Assembly: GCA_017631635.1 (NCBI GenBank)
Contig: JAGBSX010000038.1
Coordinates: forward strand, 1 to 60,283
Source: Clostridia bacterium
Lineage (GTDB): Bacteria > Bacillota > Clostridia > Christensenellales > RUG350
Length of the DNA: 60,283 nucleotides
Reading direction: 5' to 3'
Position numbers and translations under genes: made by a program. Each line of letters starts with the position of its first letter. Within the stretch, counting starts at the first letter, position 1. Shown piece after piece: positions 48,532 through 59,005 of the stretch. The notes under the pieces were generated by a model. That model was not told where the DNA came from. It ran no database searches and saw only the letters and a program-made list of their open reading frames with translations.

Positions 48532-49589
48532 ACAAACAATTAATGATGCAAAAACTAAAAGCAACCGCTTTCAATATGATGTCAAATAAAGGTTCTGAGA
48601 ACGTACAAGAAGTTTGCCCAATATCTATTATTAATTTTGACAAATGGGAATGGGCGCAAGGCGTAGGTCTATACGGACTATTTAATTATTACAAGCAAAC
48701 TAAAGATAAAGATATGCTTGATATACTTGTCAACTGGTTTGATGCACGCCTCAAAGAAGGTCTACCATACAAAAACGTTAATACTATGGCTCCTATGCTA
48801 ACCTTGGCATGTCTATATGAAGAGACGAAAAATCCTGAGTACGTAGACGTACTTACCGAGTGGGCAAACTGGGTAATGGATGAAATGCCACGTACTATAG
48901 AGGGTGGTTTGCAACATATCTGTAGTGGTTGTGAGAACCACAATCAAATATGGGACGACACTTTGTTTATGACTGTGTTGTTTTTGGCAAAATATGGTAT
49001 GCTATTTGATAGACAAGACATGGTCGAGGAGTCTAAATATCAGTTTTTAATACATATTAAATATCTATACGACACCAAGACTGGTCTATGGTATCATGGT
49101 TGGAATTTTAACAATCGAGACAACTTTGGCTCAATATTGTGGGGTAGAGGAAACTGTTGGATTACCGTAGGTATATGTGACTATCTAGAGATGACTGGCA
49201 TTGATGGTGGTCTCAAGAAGTATCTCGCAAATACTCTAAAAGCTCAAGTAGATGCATTAGTTAAATATCAATGTGAGAGTGGTGCTTGGAATACTATCAT
49301 CAACGACCCTACTTCGTACGAAGAGATCTCTGCTACCGCAGGATTTGGCTGTGGTATACTCATGGGTATACGTATAGGTCTGCTAGACAAAGAGACGTAT
49401 CTACCATGTGCCATCAAGGCTCTCAACGTAGTGATGGACAATATCAATGAAGATGGTACTGTTGAACAAGTATCATATGGTACAGGTATGGGTAATACCG
49501 CTCAAGAATACAAGGATATACCTATTTGCTATATGGCCTATGGTAATGCCTTGGCTATAATGATACTAAATGAAGGACTAAAACTCTAA
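48528..49589 (+). CDS. Unsaturated (rhamno)galacturonyl/glucuronyl hydrolase, GH105/GH88 family (YteR-like)
   Basis: 353 aa. Motifs WEWAQGVGLYGL, WDDTLFMTV (catalytic Asp context), WGRGNCW and SATAGFGCG. Confidence 0.78.
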   Translation: MNKQLMMQKLKATAFNMMSNKGSENVQEVCPISIINFDKWEWAQGVGLYGLFNYYKQTKDKDMLDILVNWFDARLKEGLPYKNVNTMAPMLTLACLYEETKNPEYVDVLTEWANWVMDEMPRTIEGGLQHICSGCENHNQIWDDTLFMTVLFLAKYGMLFDRQDMVEESKYQFLIHIKYLYDTKTGLWYHGWNFNNRDNFGSILWGRGNCWITVGICDYLEMTGIDGGLKKYLANTLKAQVDALVKYQCESGAWNTIINDPTSYEEISATAGFGCGILMGIRIGLLDKETYLPCAIKALNVVMDNINEDGTVEQVSYGTGMGNTAQEYKDIPICYMAYGNALAIMILNEGLKL

Positions 49590-49591
49590 TA

Positions 49592-50455
49592 ATGGAAACT
49601 GTAAAGTTTGCTGATCTCAAAAAAGAATATAAATGTGAGACACTTTATTATAAGCAAGTTGAATTTGACAATTTGCGCATACTAACTGTGCATCCTGAGG
49701 TGCGTCACCCCTCAAATACTGCTATTGTATTCGTACATGGTGGTGGATGGACTATAGGATGTCCTCATATGTATATCCAAGAGATGCATTATTTTGCCAA
49801 GAGAGGTGCTGAGTGCTTTAGCATTCAGTACAGGCTCAACAAAGAAAAAAACTATATCTTAGAAGATTGTATTAAAGACGTCCGTAGCGCTATTAGGTAT
49901 CTCAAGAAAAATGCTGATGCACTTATGATTTCGCCAGACAAAATAGTCGTTGTAGGTGATAGCGCTGGTGGACATCTAGTCACAGCGTTGACAACGATAG
50001 ATCCTATTGATGATGAGACTGACGATTTGAGCATATCAGTTCAACCTAGTGTAATCGTCAACTGTAATGGAGTCGTAGATTTGATGCCTTCTTTTAGATC
50101 GTCTGCTAGGAAACCTTCAAATGAGCATCTTGATGATAATGATGAAGAATTTGTTAATTACATCAAATCATTGTCTCCTATGTACAACGTCAAGAAGACT
50201 GATACGATTATACTAAACCTTCAGGGCAAACAAGATGGTTGTGTCAATTACACTATGACAGAAGAGTATCATCTTAGACAGTTGGGAGTTGGTAACGATT
50301 CTACTTTGGTAATCTGGGATGATGCTAAACACGCCTTTATACTCATAGGGTATACTGGTACAGATGAACAGATAGTCAGGGCTATCAACACAATTGACGA
50401 CTTTTTGACCACTAGAAATTATCTATCGAACAAAAATTTAGAAATAATTATATAG
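49592..50455 (+). CDS. Alpha/beta-hydrolase esterase (HSL-like fold-3 family)
   Basis: Oxyanion motif HGGGW, nucleophile elbow GDSAGG, and a C-terminal H in DDAKHAF. Confidence 0.78.
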   Translation: METVKFADLKKEYKCETLYYKQVEFDNLRILTVHPEVRHPSNTAIVFVHGGGWTIGCPHMYIQEMHYFAKRGAECFSIQYRLNKEKNYILEDCIKDVRSAIRYLKKNADALMISPDKIVVVGDSAGGHLVTALTTIDPIDDETDDLSISVQPSVIVNCNGVVDLMPSFRSSARKPSNEHLDDNDEEFVNYIKSLSPMYNVKKTDTIILNLQGKQDGCVNYTMTEEYHLRQLGVGNDSTLVIWDDAKHAFILIGYTGTDEQIVRAINTIDDFLTTRNYLSNKNLEIII

Positions 50456-50464
50456 TAGGTGAAT

Positions 50465-51883
50465 ATGAAAAAATCAATTCTAGCACTAATATTATCTATT
50501 TTTTTAATAATTGCATTGGGTTCGGCATGCTCCCCAACTTTGCAATCTGTTAGCATACAATCAAAAAACGATAACGTGCTAGAGGTATCGGCAGGCACGT
50601 CGATAAATGGTCTCAAAAGTCTGTTAGAATGCAATATTAATTATAGCAACGGTACAAGCGCCACTCTTTCGTCAGATGATTTTGATTTAATTTTTGACAA
50701 AGAATACAAATCATACGTCGTACAAGATACCCAATATGCTATCAAGGCGCAATACAATGGACTAGAGTCCAATTCTATTACTTTTGTATTAAAAGCAGAC
50801 TCGAATGCAAAAATACAACTGTCAATAACTAACAATATCATTGATAGTTATACTGAAATTGATGACTTTTATGATATGTTTTCGGTAAAAATTAAATATT
50901 CTAATAATGAGTACGAATCTGTACCTTTCAATTCGGCGCATTTTAATTGTACACCTTCCTTTGATTCATATACGGGAGATAGGACTGTGTACAACGTATC
51001 GTATACGTTTGCTAATATCACCTCTGCACCTATTTCTGTAATCAGAAGCGCTACTAATCCTGGTTATACTGATATCGTCGCAGAGAAGAAAGCATATCAC
51101 TTGCCAAGCACGTATTCAAAATCTGATATTCAAAATCAATTTGTGTTAAAATTGAAAGATGGTGATAATAGATTGTACACTAAAGACGTGTCCGAATTTA
51201 ATTTTGTGTGGAAGAGAGTTAAAAATTCTAATGAAGTAGACGGAGTTTTTACACAATACCACTATGACAAAGTAAATTATCACGTGTACGTTAGTCATAT
51301 AGATCATGTAGATTTGCAACCAATACAGTTGGAAGTCACTACTTATCCTGTCACTTCACAGAGAATACTAGAATGGGAAGGAGAGGAGATAACAACTAAT
51401 ATTTTCAACGTAGCAAGAGTGTCAAATAACGTCCCAGATGAAGATATTTACAAAAAGTATGCTTGTATACTTAGTGACGTCCCTCTCGACGTATATACGT
51501 CTCCAGTAGTCTCGGCACAAAACAATCCTAATCATTTGAAGTATTCAGGTGACGAAAGTGTATATACTCTATGGTCAGAGAATAAAAACAAAGTCGACAA
51601 TATAGCCGAATATCTCAAGAAATTGATGATAGATGCAAATACTAGAGGTTATAATATCTCATTTACCTATTATTCATCTCTCACTTACCAAAATGGTGCT
51701 ATGACCGTGCTAAGAGTAAAGTGCAAGATAAATTCACCAGTAGGCACGTATGCAGACGTATTTGATTTTCAACACAAATCAAATCCAAATATAAATATGC
51801 TGTTTGACAACCTCGATTCTACTGCGGTAGGCGGAGAATACGTTTGGTTGGATATAACAGTCGCACCAAATTATCTGTTTTAG
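50465..51883 (+). CDS. Hypothetical surface lipoprotein with tandem beta-rich (Ig-like) modules
   Basis: Lipobox LGSAC. Two N-terminal modules of about 85 aa share a (V/I)x(I/V)xYSN(G/N)...Y...Y...S..I pattern. No family recognised. Confidence 0.55.
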   Translation: MKKSILALILSIFLIIALGSACSPTLQSVSIQSKNDNVLEVSAGTSINGLKSLLECNINYSNGTSATLSSDDFDLIFDKEYKSYVVQDTQYAIKAQYNGLESNSITFVLKADSNAKIQLSITNNIIDSYTEIDDFYDMFSVKIKYSNNEYESVPFNSAHFNCTPSFDSYTGDRTVYNVSYTFANITSAPISVIRSATNPGYTDIVAEKKAYHLPSTYSKSDIQNQFVLKLKDGDNRLYTKDVSEFNFVWKRVKNSNEVDGVFTQYHYDKVNYHVYVSHIDHVDLQPIQLEVTTYPVTSQRILEWEGEEITTNIFNVARVSNNVPDEDIYKKYACILSDVPLDVYTSPVVSAQNNPNHLKYSGDESVYTLWSENKNKVDNIAEYLKKLMIDANTRGYNISFTYYSSLTYQNGAMTVLRVKCKINSPVGTYADVFDFQHKSNPNINMLFDNLDSTAVGGEYVWLDITVAPNYLF

Positions 51884-51892
51884 CAACAAAAA

Positions 51893-51921
51893 CTCTCAAA
51901 AGTCACATTTTGGGAGTTTTT
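51893..51921 (+). terminator. Intrinsic terminator ending the polysaccharide locus
   Basis: Stem CTCTCAAAA / TTTTGGGAG, loop GTCACA, then T5. Confidence 0.75.
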
Positions 51922-52037
51922 ATATTAAATTAAAATTTATAATTATGCAAAATATTATAAATATTCATTGTTTTATGCATAATTATAAAATATGAAAATT
52001 TTAATAAAAAATTATTGTAAAATCTACTATAAATTAG

Positions 52038-52066
52038 TTGACTTTAGCAAAAATCAAATATATAAT
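52038..52066 (+). promoter_or_regulatory. Near-consensus promoter of the arg operon
   Basis: TTGACT (52038-52043), 17 nt, TATAAT (52061-52066). Confidence 0.6.
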
Positions 52067-52121
52067 TATGGCATATTTGACAACAAATTATGAATTATTA
52101 TACATACAAGAGGTAATTATT

Positions 52122-53342
52122 ATGCAAAAAAGCGAAATTAAGAAAGTTGTACTAGCATATTCTGGTGGATTGGACACTTCTATCATCATACCTTGGCTCA
52201 AAGAGAACTACAATAACTGCGAAGTTATAGCAGTTGCTGCCAACGTAGGACAAGCAGACGAATTAGAAGGTTTGGAAGAGAAGGCTATCAAAACAGGCGC
52301 ATCAAAACTATATATTGAGGACTTGACTGACGATTACGTAGACAACTATATCATACCTACTATGAAGGCTGGCGCTATATACGAGGAGTATCTACTTGGT
52401 ACTAGCCATGCACGTCCTTGTATAGCCAAGAGACTAGTAGAGATAGCCATCGCCGAAGGTGCTGATGCTATAGCTCACGGTTGTACTGGTAAGGGTAATG
52501 ACCAAGTTCGTTTTGAACTAACTATCAAGAATTTTGCACCAAATATGCCTATCATAGCACCATGGAGAGAGTGGGATATCAAATCTCGTGAAGAAGAGAT
52601 TGATTACGCTGAGGCTCACAATATACCTCTCAAAATAAATCGTGAGACCAACTACAGCAAGGACAAGAACCTATGGCATCTATCTCACGAAGGACTAGAT
52701 CTAGAGGATACTGGCAACGAGCCAATGTATGAGAAAGAAGGATTTTTGGAAATGGGAGTTTCTCCTATCAACGCTCCAGACGTACCTACCTACGTAGAAC
52801 TTGAATTTGTACAAGGTATACCTGTCGCTATCAATGGTGAGAAGACTTCTGCCAAGAATATCATCCTCAAACTCAACGAACTAGGTGGCAAAAACGGTAT
52901 TGGTATACTTGATATAGTAGAAAATAGACTAGTCGGTATGAAGTGTCGTGGAGTGTACGAGACTCCAGGTGGCGCTATATTGTACAAGGCTCACAGCGTA
53001 CTTGAGAGTATTTGCCTAGATAAGTTGACTCTACACGAGAAACAAAAACTAGCAGTCACATTTGGCGAACTAGTATACAATGGTCAATGGTTCACTCCTC
53101 TACGTGAGGCTTTGAGTGCATTTGTTGACAAAACTCAAGAGAACGTGACTGGTAAAGTTCGACTCAAATTGTACAAAGGAAATATGATAAACGCTGGCGT
53201 ATGGAGTGATTATTCTCTATATAGCGAGCAGATAGCGACCTTTGGTGAGAGCGATTACAACCAAAAGGATGCAGAAGGATTCATCAACCTATATGGTTTG
53301 CCTATCCAAGTACAAGCCATGGTTAGAGATGGACTTCTCTAA
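52122..53342 (+). CDS. argG: Argininosuccinate synthase
   Basis: ATG 52122 (AGAGG RBS). [12 protein letters not shown]-binding motif and [13 protein letters not shown]. Confidence 0.96.
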   Translation: MQKSEIKKVVLAYSGGLDTSIIIPWLKENYNNCEVIAVAANVGQADELEGLEEKAIKTGASKLYIEDLTDDYVDNYIIPTMKAGAIYEEYLLGTSHARPCIAKRLVEIAIAEGADAIAHGCTGKGNDQVRFELTIKNFAPNMPIIAPWREWDIKSREEEIDYAEAHNIPLKINRETNYSKDKNLWHLSHEGLDLEDTGNEPMYEKEGFLEMGVSPINAPDVPTYVELEFVQGIPVAINGEKTSAKNIILKLNELGGKNGIGILDIVENRLVGMKCRGVYETPGGAILYKAHSVLESICLDKLTLHEKQKLAVTFGELVYNGQWFTPLREALSAFVDKTQENVTGKVRLKLYKGNMINAGVWSDYSLYSEQIATFGESDYNQKDAEGFINLYGLPIQVQAMVRDGLL

Positions 53343-53351
53343 AAAAAACAG

Positions 53352-53381
53352 GACCTCCTGCAAAATTTTTTGCAGGAAGTC
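53352..53381 (+). other. Stem-loop between argG and argH (weak terminator or processing site)
   Basis: CCTGCAAAA / TTTTGCAGG with extension, not followed by a clean T-run. A second 6-bp hairpin, AGCCGA-TAACT-TCGGCT, lies just before the argH RBS. Confidence 0.45.
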
Positions 53382-53432
53382 TCTTTCTATAAAGATATAT
53401 TAAGCCGATAACTTCGGCTATTGGAGATGTTT

Positions 53433-54809
53433 ATGGCTAAAATGTGGGCAGGTAGGACTGTCGGAGATACAGACAAAATAGCAGATGATTTTAACTCGTC
53501 TATATCCTTTGATAGTAGGATGTATAGCGAAGATATAGAGGGCAGTATAGCGCACGCTACTATGCTCGCTAGTCAAAAAATCATATCTGACGAAGATGCT
53601 CAAATACTCATAGCAGGACTAGAGGGTATCAAAAAGGATATAGATAGTGGAGATCTCGCTATAGACTTTAATTGCGAAGATATACATATGTTTGTAGAGC
53701 AAGTCTTGACTGAGAGAGTAGGTGACGTAGGCAAAAAATTGCATACTGCTCGTAGTCGCAACGACCAAGTCGCACTAGATATGCGTATGTATTTGAGAAA
53801 ACAATCAAATCAAATTATTGCCAAGATAAAATCACTAATTGAGGTTATTGTTAATCAAGCAAATACAAACAAATATACTATTTTGCCTGGTTATACACAC
53901 CTTCAACGTGCTCAACCTATTGTCTTTGCTCATCATTTGTTGGCATACGCTATGATGCTCCTAAGAGACAAGGATAGACTTAGCGATACTATCAAGCGTA
54001 TCAACGTCTCTCCTATAGGCAGTTGCGCTTTGGCTGGTACTACGTACGACACAGACAGAGACTACGAAGCAAAACTACTAGGATTTGATGAGGTTGCCCT
54101 CAATAGTATCGACGGTGTATCAGATAGAGATTTTTGTGTGGAATTTATGAGTGCGTGCTCACTAATCATGACACACTTATCTAGATTGTCCGAGGAGATA
54201 ATACTATGGTCTAGCTGGGAATTTAAGTTTGTAGAATTGTCCGATGCATACACTACCGGTAGTTCAATAATGCCTCAAAAGAAAAATCCTGATATGGCAG
54301 AACTAATTCGTGGCAAGACAGGTAGGGTATATGGCAATTTGATGGCTTTGCTCACCACTCTAAAGGGGCTACCACTAGCATACAACAAGGATATGCAAGA
54401 GGATAAAGAAGGCGTATTTGATACCGTAGATACCATACATAAGTGTTTGGATGTGATGACACCTATGCTAGACACTATGACGGTCAATGCAGACAATATG
54501 AAAAATGCTGCACTAAAAGGATTTATCAATGCGACGGATTTGGCAGATTATTTGACAAAAAAGGGAATGCCATTTAGATCTGCATACAAGATATCTGGTC
54601 AAATGGTTGCCAAGTGCATAAGTGTTAACAAGGTGCTAGAAGATTTGACCTTGGACGAATTTAGAGAATATAGCGAATTGTTTGAACTAGACGTATATGA
54701 GGCTATAGACCTAAATACTTGCGTCCAAAAGCGTATATCAAAAGGTGGTACTTCTACAAAATCTGTCGAAGAACAGATAGCGTATGTACTAGAGAATATA
54801 AAGGAATAA
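53433..54809 (+). CDS. argH: Argininosuccinate lyase
   Basis: MWAGR N-terminus, HTARSRNDQV, and the GSSIMPQKKNPD fumarate-lyase signature. Confidence 0.96.
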   Translation: MAKMWAGRTVGDTDKIADDFNSSISFDSRMYSEDIEGSIAHATMLASQKIISDEDAQILIAGLEGIKKDIDSGDLAIDFNCEDIHMFVEQVLTERVGDVGKKLHTARSRNDQVALDMRMYLRKQSNQIIAKIKSLIEVIVNQANTNKYTILPGYTHLQRAQPIVFAHHLLAYAMMLLRDKDRLSDTIKRINVSPIGSCALAGTTYDTDRDYEAKLLGFDEVALNSIDGVSDRDFCVEFMSACSLIMTHLSRLSEEIILWSSWEFKFVELSDAYTTGSSIMPQKKNPDMAELIRGKTGRVYGNLMALLTTLKGLPLAYNKDMQEDKEGVFDTVDTIHKCLDVMTPMLDTMTVNADNMKNAALKGFINATDLADYLTKKGMPFRSAYKISGQMVAKCISVNKVLEDLTLDEFREYSELFELDVYEAIDLNTCVQKRISKGGTSTKSVEEQIAYVLENIKE

Positions 54810-54810
54810 A

Positions 54811-55734
54811 ATGAAAAAAATATTTATAGATGGTAGTGCAGGTACTACGGGGTTGAAGATAGTATCCAGATTGTCTGTCCGTAGTGATATCCAACTAATT
54901 GCCTTGCCCGAAGAATATCGAAAAGATACCTCTGCTAGAGCAGATGCATTAAATAGTGCAGACATAGCTTTCTTGTGTTTACCTGATAGTGCTGCTATTG
55001 AGGCTGTATCATTGGTGACTAATGAAAATACTGCTATTATCGATACGTCAACTGCTCATAGAGTAGACGATACTTGGGCATATGGTTTTGCAGAACTAAA
55101 AGGATATCGTCACAAGATACAAAATTCTAAACGAATAGCAAATCCTGGCTGTCACGCTAGTGGTTTTGTGGCTTTGGTTAGACCACTTGTCGAAAATGGT
55201 ATAATCCCTACCGATTTAGCGTTGACATCTCACTCTTTGACAGGATACTCAGGTGGTGGCAAGAAGATGATAGCAGACTACACTTCTCCAATGCGTAGCC
55301 AACTGCTAGATGCACCTGCTCAATATGCAGTATCTCAAAATCACAAACATCTAAAAGAAATGGTCAAAATATGTGGTATAACAACTACACCTATATTTAC
55401 TCCAATAGTAGCACCATACTATTCGGGTATGGAAGTGACTGTACCTCTATTTGCCAAAGACATCAACGGAAAGATACAAGATATCGAAGACGTATATCGT
55501 GAATATTACCAAGATGGACTTGTACATTTTGTCCCAAATCACGATAATTCTGCATTTTTATATGCGAACTCAATGTCGGGAAGAGACGATATGCAGTTGA
55601 CTGTATGTGGAAATGATGATAGAATACTATTGATAGCAAGGTTTGACAATCTCGGTAAAGGAGCGTCAGGTGCTGCTATACAAAATATGAATATACTAAT
55701 GGGAATACACGAATCTACAGGATTGGTATTGTAA
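54811..55734 (+). CDS. argC: N-acetyl-gamma-glutamyl-phosphate reductase (short 'uncommon' form)
   Basis: 307 aa. IFIDGSAGTTGLKI, LCLPDSAA and NPGCHASGF (catalytic Cys). Confidence 0.9.
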   Translation: MKKIFIDGSAGTTGLKIVSRLSVRSDIQLIALPEEYRKDTSARADALNSADIAFLCLPDSAAIEAVSLVTNENTAIIDTSTAHRVDDTWAYGFAELKGYRHKIQNSKRIANPGCHASGFVALVRPLVENGIIPTDLALTSHSLTGYSGGGKKMIADYTSPMRSQLLDAPAQYAVSQNHKHLKEMVKICGITTTPIFTPIVAPYYSGMEVTVPLFAKDINGKIQDIEDVYREYYQDGLVHFVPNHDNSAFLYANSMSGRDDMQLTVCGNDDRILLIARFDNLGKGASGAAIQNMNILMGIHESTGLVL

Positions 55735-55737
55735 AGG

Positions 55738-56958
55738 ATGAATATGAAACTAATATCTGGCGGAGTATGTGCCTCAAAGGGCTTTAAGGCAAACGGAGTG
55801 CATTGTGGTATCCGCAAAAACCATACAAAAAAAGATTTGGCACTAATATATAGCGAAGTAGTAGGATCTGCGGCTGCAGTATATACTACCAACTTGGTCA
55901 AGGGTGCTCCTCTTGTCGTCACAAAGAATCATTTGCAAGACGGTAAGGCTCAGGCTATCATTTGTAATAGTGGCAACGCTAATACTTGTAATGCTAATGG
56001 TATAGAGATAGCAGAGAAAATGAGCGATCTTGTCGCAGAGTACTTAAACGTATCATCTAACGACGTAATTGTGGCATCTACAGGTGTCATAGGCAAGCCT
56101 TTGGATGTGACTCCTATCAAAAATGCTATGCCTATATTGTCTGCAGGACTTAGCGAAAATGCTGGTCGTGATGCAGCAGTAGCCATAATGACTACTGATA
56201 CTGTCGAAAAAGAGATAGCAGTAGAGTTTGAGATAGGTGGCAAGGTGTGTCATATCGGAGGAATAGCAAAAGGTAGTGGCATGATTCATCCCAATATGGC
56301 TACTATGCTGGTATTTATGACTTCGGATGTCAATATCACTCCAAAAATGCTCTCAAAAGCATTGTCAATGGATATAGCAAATACCTTCAATATGTTGAGT
56401 GTAGACGGCGATACTTCTACAAACGACATGGTTAGCATCATAGCGAACGGTCTAGCTGGCAACGAAATAATTGATAGTGAAGGAGAGAACTTTGATATCT
56501 TTATGAAGGCTCTCAACACCATCAATATCGCACTATGCAAAAGGATAGCAGGTGACGGCGAAGGCGCTACCAAGTTGTTGGAGTGCATAGTAAGTGGAGC
56601 AAATTCACTAGACGTTGCCAAGACTGTAGCGAAGAGTGTGGTTTGCTCGAGTCTACTCAAGGCTGCTATGTTTGGCGCAGACGCCAACTGGGGTAGAGTG
56701 TTATGCGCTATAGGCTATAGTGGCGCTGACGTCAATGTAGACACTATCGACGTAGCCTTTAGAAGTGCCAAGGGTACTATACAAGTATGCAAAGACGGTG
56801 CAGGTGTAGATTTTTCGGAAGAAATAGCCAAAGAGATACTTTTGCAAGATGAGATAGAGATATTGGTATCGCTAGGAGCAGGAGAGTATACTGCTACTGC
56901 TTGGGGATGCGACTTGACATATGATTATGTCAAGATAAATGGAGATTATAGAACTTAA
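55738..56958 (+). CDS. argJ: Bifunctional ornithine acetyltransferase / N-acetylglutamate synthase
   Basis: GFKANGVHCGIRK, the autoprocessing site PNMATMLVFMTSD and DGDTSTND. Confidence 0.95.
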   Translation: MNMKLISGGVCASKGFKANGVHCGIRKNHTKKDLALIYSEVVGSAAAVYTTNLVKGAPLVVTKNHLQDGKAQAIICNSGNANTCNANGIEIAEKMSDLVAEYLNVSSNDVIVASTGVIGKPLDVTPIKNAMPILSAGLSENAGRDAAVAIMTTDTVEKEIAVEFEIGGKVCHIGGIAKGSGMIHPNMATMLVFMTSDVNITPKMLSKALSMDIANTFNMLSVDGDTSTNDMVSIIANGLAGNEIIDSEGENFDIFMKALNTINIALCKRIAGDGEGATKLLECIVSGANSLDVAKTVAKSVVCSSLLKAAMFGADANWGRVLCAIGYSGADVNVDTIDVAFRSAKGTIQVCKDGAGVDFSEEIAKEILLQDEIEILVSLGAGEYTATAWGCDLTYDYVKINGDYRT

Positions 56959-56967
56959 GAGGTAAAT

Positions 56968-57831
56968 ATGCACAACGAATTCTCAAATTCAGAAAGGGCA
57001 GAAGTGCTTACACAAGCACTACCATATATCAAAGACTACTATGGCAAGATAGTAGTAGTTAAATATGGTGGAAATGCTATGGTCAGCGAAAAACTCAAAG
57101 AACAAGTGATGGAAGATATCGTGCTACTATGGTTGGTCGGTGTCAAAGTAGTGCTTGTACATGGTGGTGGACCTGAGATTAACGACGTAATGAACAAACT
57201 AGGTAAAAAGGCTGAGTTTGTAGACGGATTGAGAGTCACCGATAGAGAGACTGTAGACATTGTCCAAATGGTATTAGCCGGCAAAGTTAACAAAACTTTA
57301 GTTAACCTTTTGGAGAAAAAAGGTGGCAAAGCTATGGGAATATCTGGTATGGATGGAAAACTAATCGAAGCTGTCCAAAAAGACGTCAGACTAGGATACG
57401 TAGGCAAGATTACCAACGTAAATATCACTCCCGTGCTAGATTTGTTAGAAAAAGGTTATATACCTGTCATATCTACCATAGGTTGTGATGACGACGGTAA
57501 TTCGTACAATATCAACGGAGATACTGCCGCTGCTCGTATAGCAGGTGCTTTGCGTGCTGCTAGATTGATAATGATGACGGATATCGACGGTATATTGAGA
57601 GATAAGGACGATCCATCTACTTTGATACCAGAGATGACTATATCAGGCGCAAAAAAGTTGTACCAAGACGGTATAATATCAGGTGGAATGATACCCAAGG
57701 TTGATTGTTGTATAGAGGCGATTAACGAAGGTGTCAAGAACGTCACGATTATTAATGGAAAAGTACCTCACGCTATATTGATGGAGATACTCACCAACGA
57801 AGGTGCGGGTACTATGGTCACAGGAGACTAA
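56968..57831 (+). CDS. argB: Acetylglutamate kinase
   Basis: VVKYGGNAM, VHGGGPEI and NINGDTAA motifs. Confidence 0.95.
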   Translation: MHNEFSNSERAEVLTQALPYIKDYYGKIVVVKYGGNAMVSEKLKEQVMEDIVLLWLVGVKVVLVHGGGPEINDVMNKLGKKAEFVDGLRVTDRETVDIVQMVLAGKVNKTLVNLLEKKGGKAMGISGMDGKLIEAVQKDVRLGYVGKITNVNITPVLDLLEKGYIPVISTIGCDDDGNSYNINGDTAAARIAGALRAARLIMMTDIDGILRDKDDPSTLIPEMTISGAKKLYQDGIISGGMIPKVDCCIEAINEGVKNVTIINGKVPHAILMEILTNEGAGTMVTGD

Positions 57832-57833
57832 TA

Positions 57834-58997
57834 ATGAGTGATATTACCAAAATTGACAAACAATACATAGCTGGTACGTATCGTAGATTTGACGTCGAAC
57901 TTGTAGAAGGCAAAGGTTCTATTATCAAAGGTAGCGATGGTCGTGAATACATAGATATGGGCTCTGGTATAGGTGTGACTGCATTTGGTATAGCAGACGA
58001 TGAGTGGGTGAAAGCCACTTCTTCCCAACTATCCAAGTTGCAACACGTATCAAATCTATATTATACCGAGCCTTGTGCTAAGTTGGCTAAGACTTTATGC
58101 GATAGGACAGGTTTTGACAAAGTATTCTTTTCTAATTCGGGTGCTGAGGCAAATGAGTGCGCTATCAAAGTAGCACGCAAATATGCTAGTGATACCAAAG
58201 GAGAAGATTGCTATACTATCATCACTTTGGTCAATTCATTTCATGGTCGTACTATCACTACGTTGTCCGCTACTGGTCAAGATTGTTTTCATAAATTATT
58301 TAATCCATTGACAGATGGTTTTGAGCACGCTATTGCCAATGATATAGATAGTGTCAAGCAAATAATTGCCACCAAGAAGGTCGCTGGTATTATGATTGAG
58401 TGTGTGCAAGGCGAAGGTGGTGTGAACCCTCTCGACGCCAATTTTGTGGCTCAAATATCGGATATATGTCAGCGAGAGGATATTCTACTAATAGTTGACG
58501 AAGTACAGACTGGTAATGGTCGTACAGGCAAACTGTATGCTTATATGAATTATGACATCACTCCCGATATCATCACTACTGCCAAAGGTCTAGGTGGTGG
58601 ACTACCTATCGGTGCTACGTTGATGGGAGAGAAAGTTTCTACCGTCCTTGGCGCAGGTGACCATGGCTCTACCTTTGGAGGTAATCCTGTAGCATGTGCA
58701 GGAGCGTTGAGCATAATAGATAGGATAGACGAGGACTTTTTGGCTCAAGTCAACGAGAAGAGTAAATACATATTTGACACTCTCAACGGTGCAGAGGGGA
58801 TAGTGAGTGTTAGTGGTAAAGGATTGATGATAGGCATCAAGACTGTCAAACCTGCCGCTGAAGTTGTCAAACTATGTATGCAAAACGGAGTACTTTGTCT
58901 AACTGCGAAAGACAAGGTTAGATTGCTACCTGCACTAAATATCCCTATGGATACTTTGGTAAAAGCAATAGATATACTCAAATTAGCATGTAAATGA
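57834..58997 (+). CDS. argD: Acetylornithine aminotransferase
   Basis: Class III aminotransferase. SGAEANECAIK, DEVQTGNGRTG and TTAKGLGGGLPIG (PLP Lys). Confidence 0.93.
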   Translation: MSDITKIDKQYIAGTYRRFDVELVEGKGSIIKGSDGREYIDMGSGIGVTAFGIADDEWVKATSSQLSKLQHVSNLYYTEPCAKLAKTLCDRTGFDKVFFSNSGAEANECAIKVARKYASDTKGEDCYTIITLVNSFHGRTITTLSATGQDCFHKLFNPLTDGFEHAIANDIDSVKQIIATKKVAGIMIECVQGEGGVNPLDANFVAQISDICQREDILLIVDEVQTGNGRTGKLYAYMNYDITPDIITTAKGLGGGLPIGATLMGEKVSTVLGAGDHGSTFGGNPVACAGALSIIDRIDEDFLAQVNEKSKYIFDTLNGAEGIVSVSGKGLMIGIKTVKPAAEVVKLCMQNGVLCLTAKDKVRLLPALNIPMDTLVKAIDILKLACK

Positions 58998-59005
58998 GGT
59001 AAATA

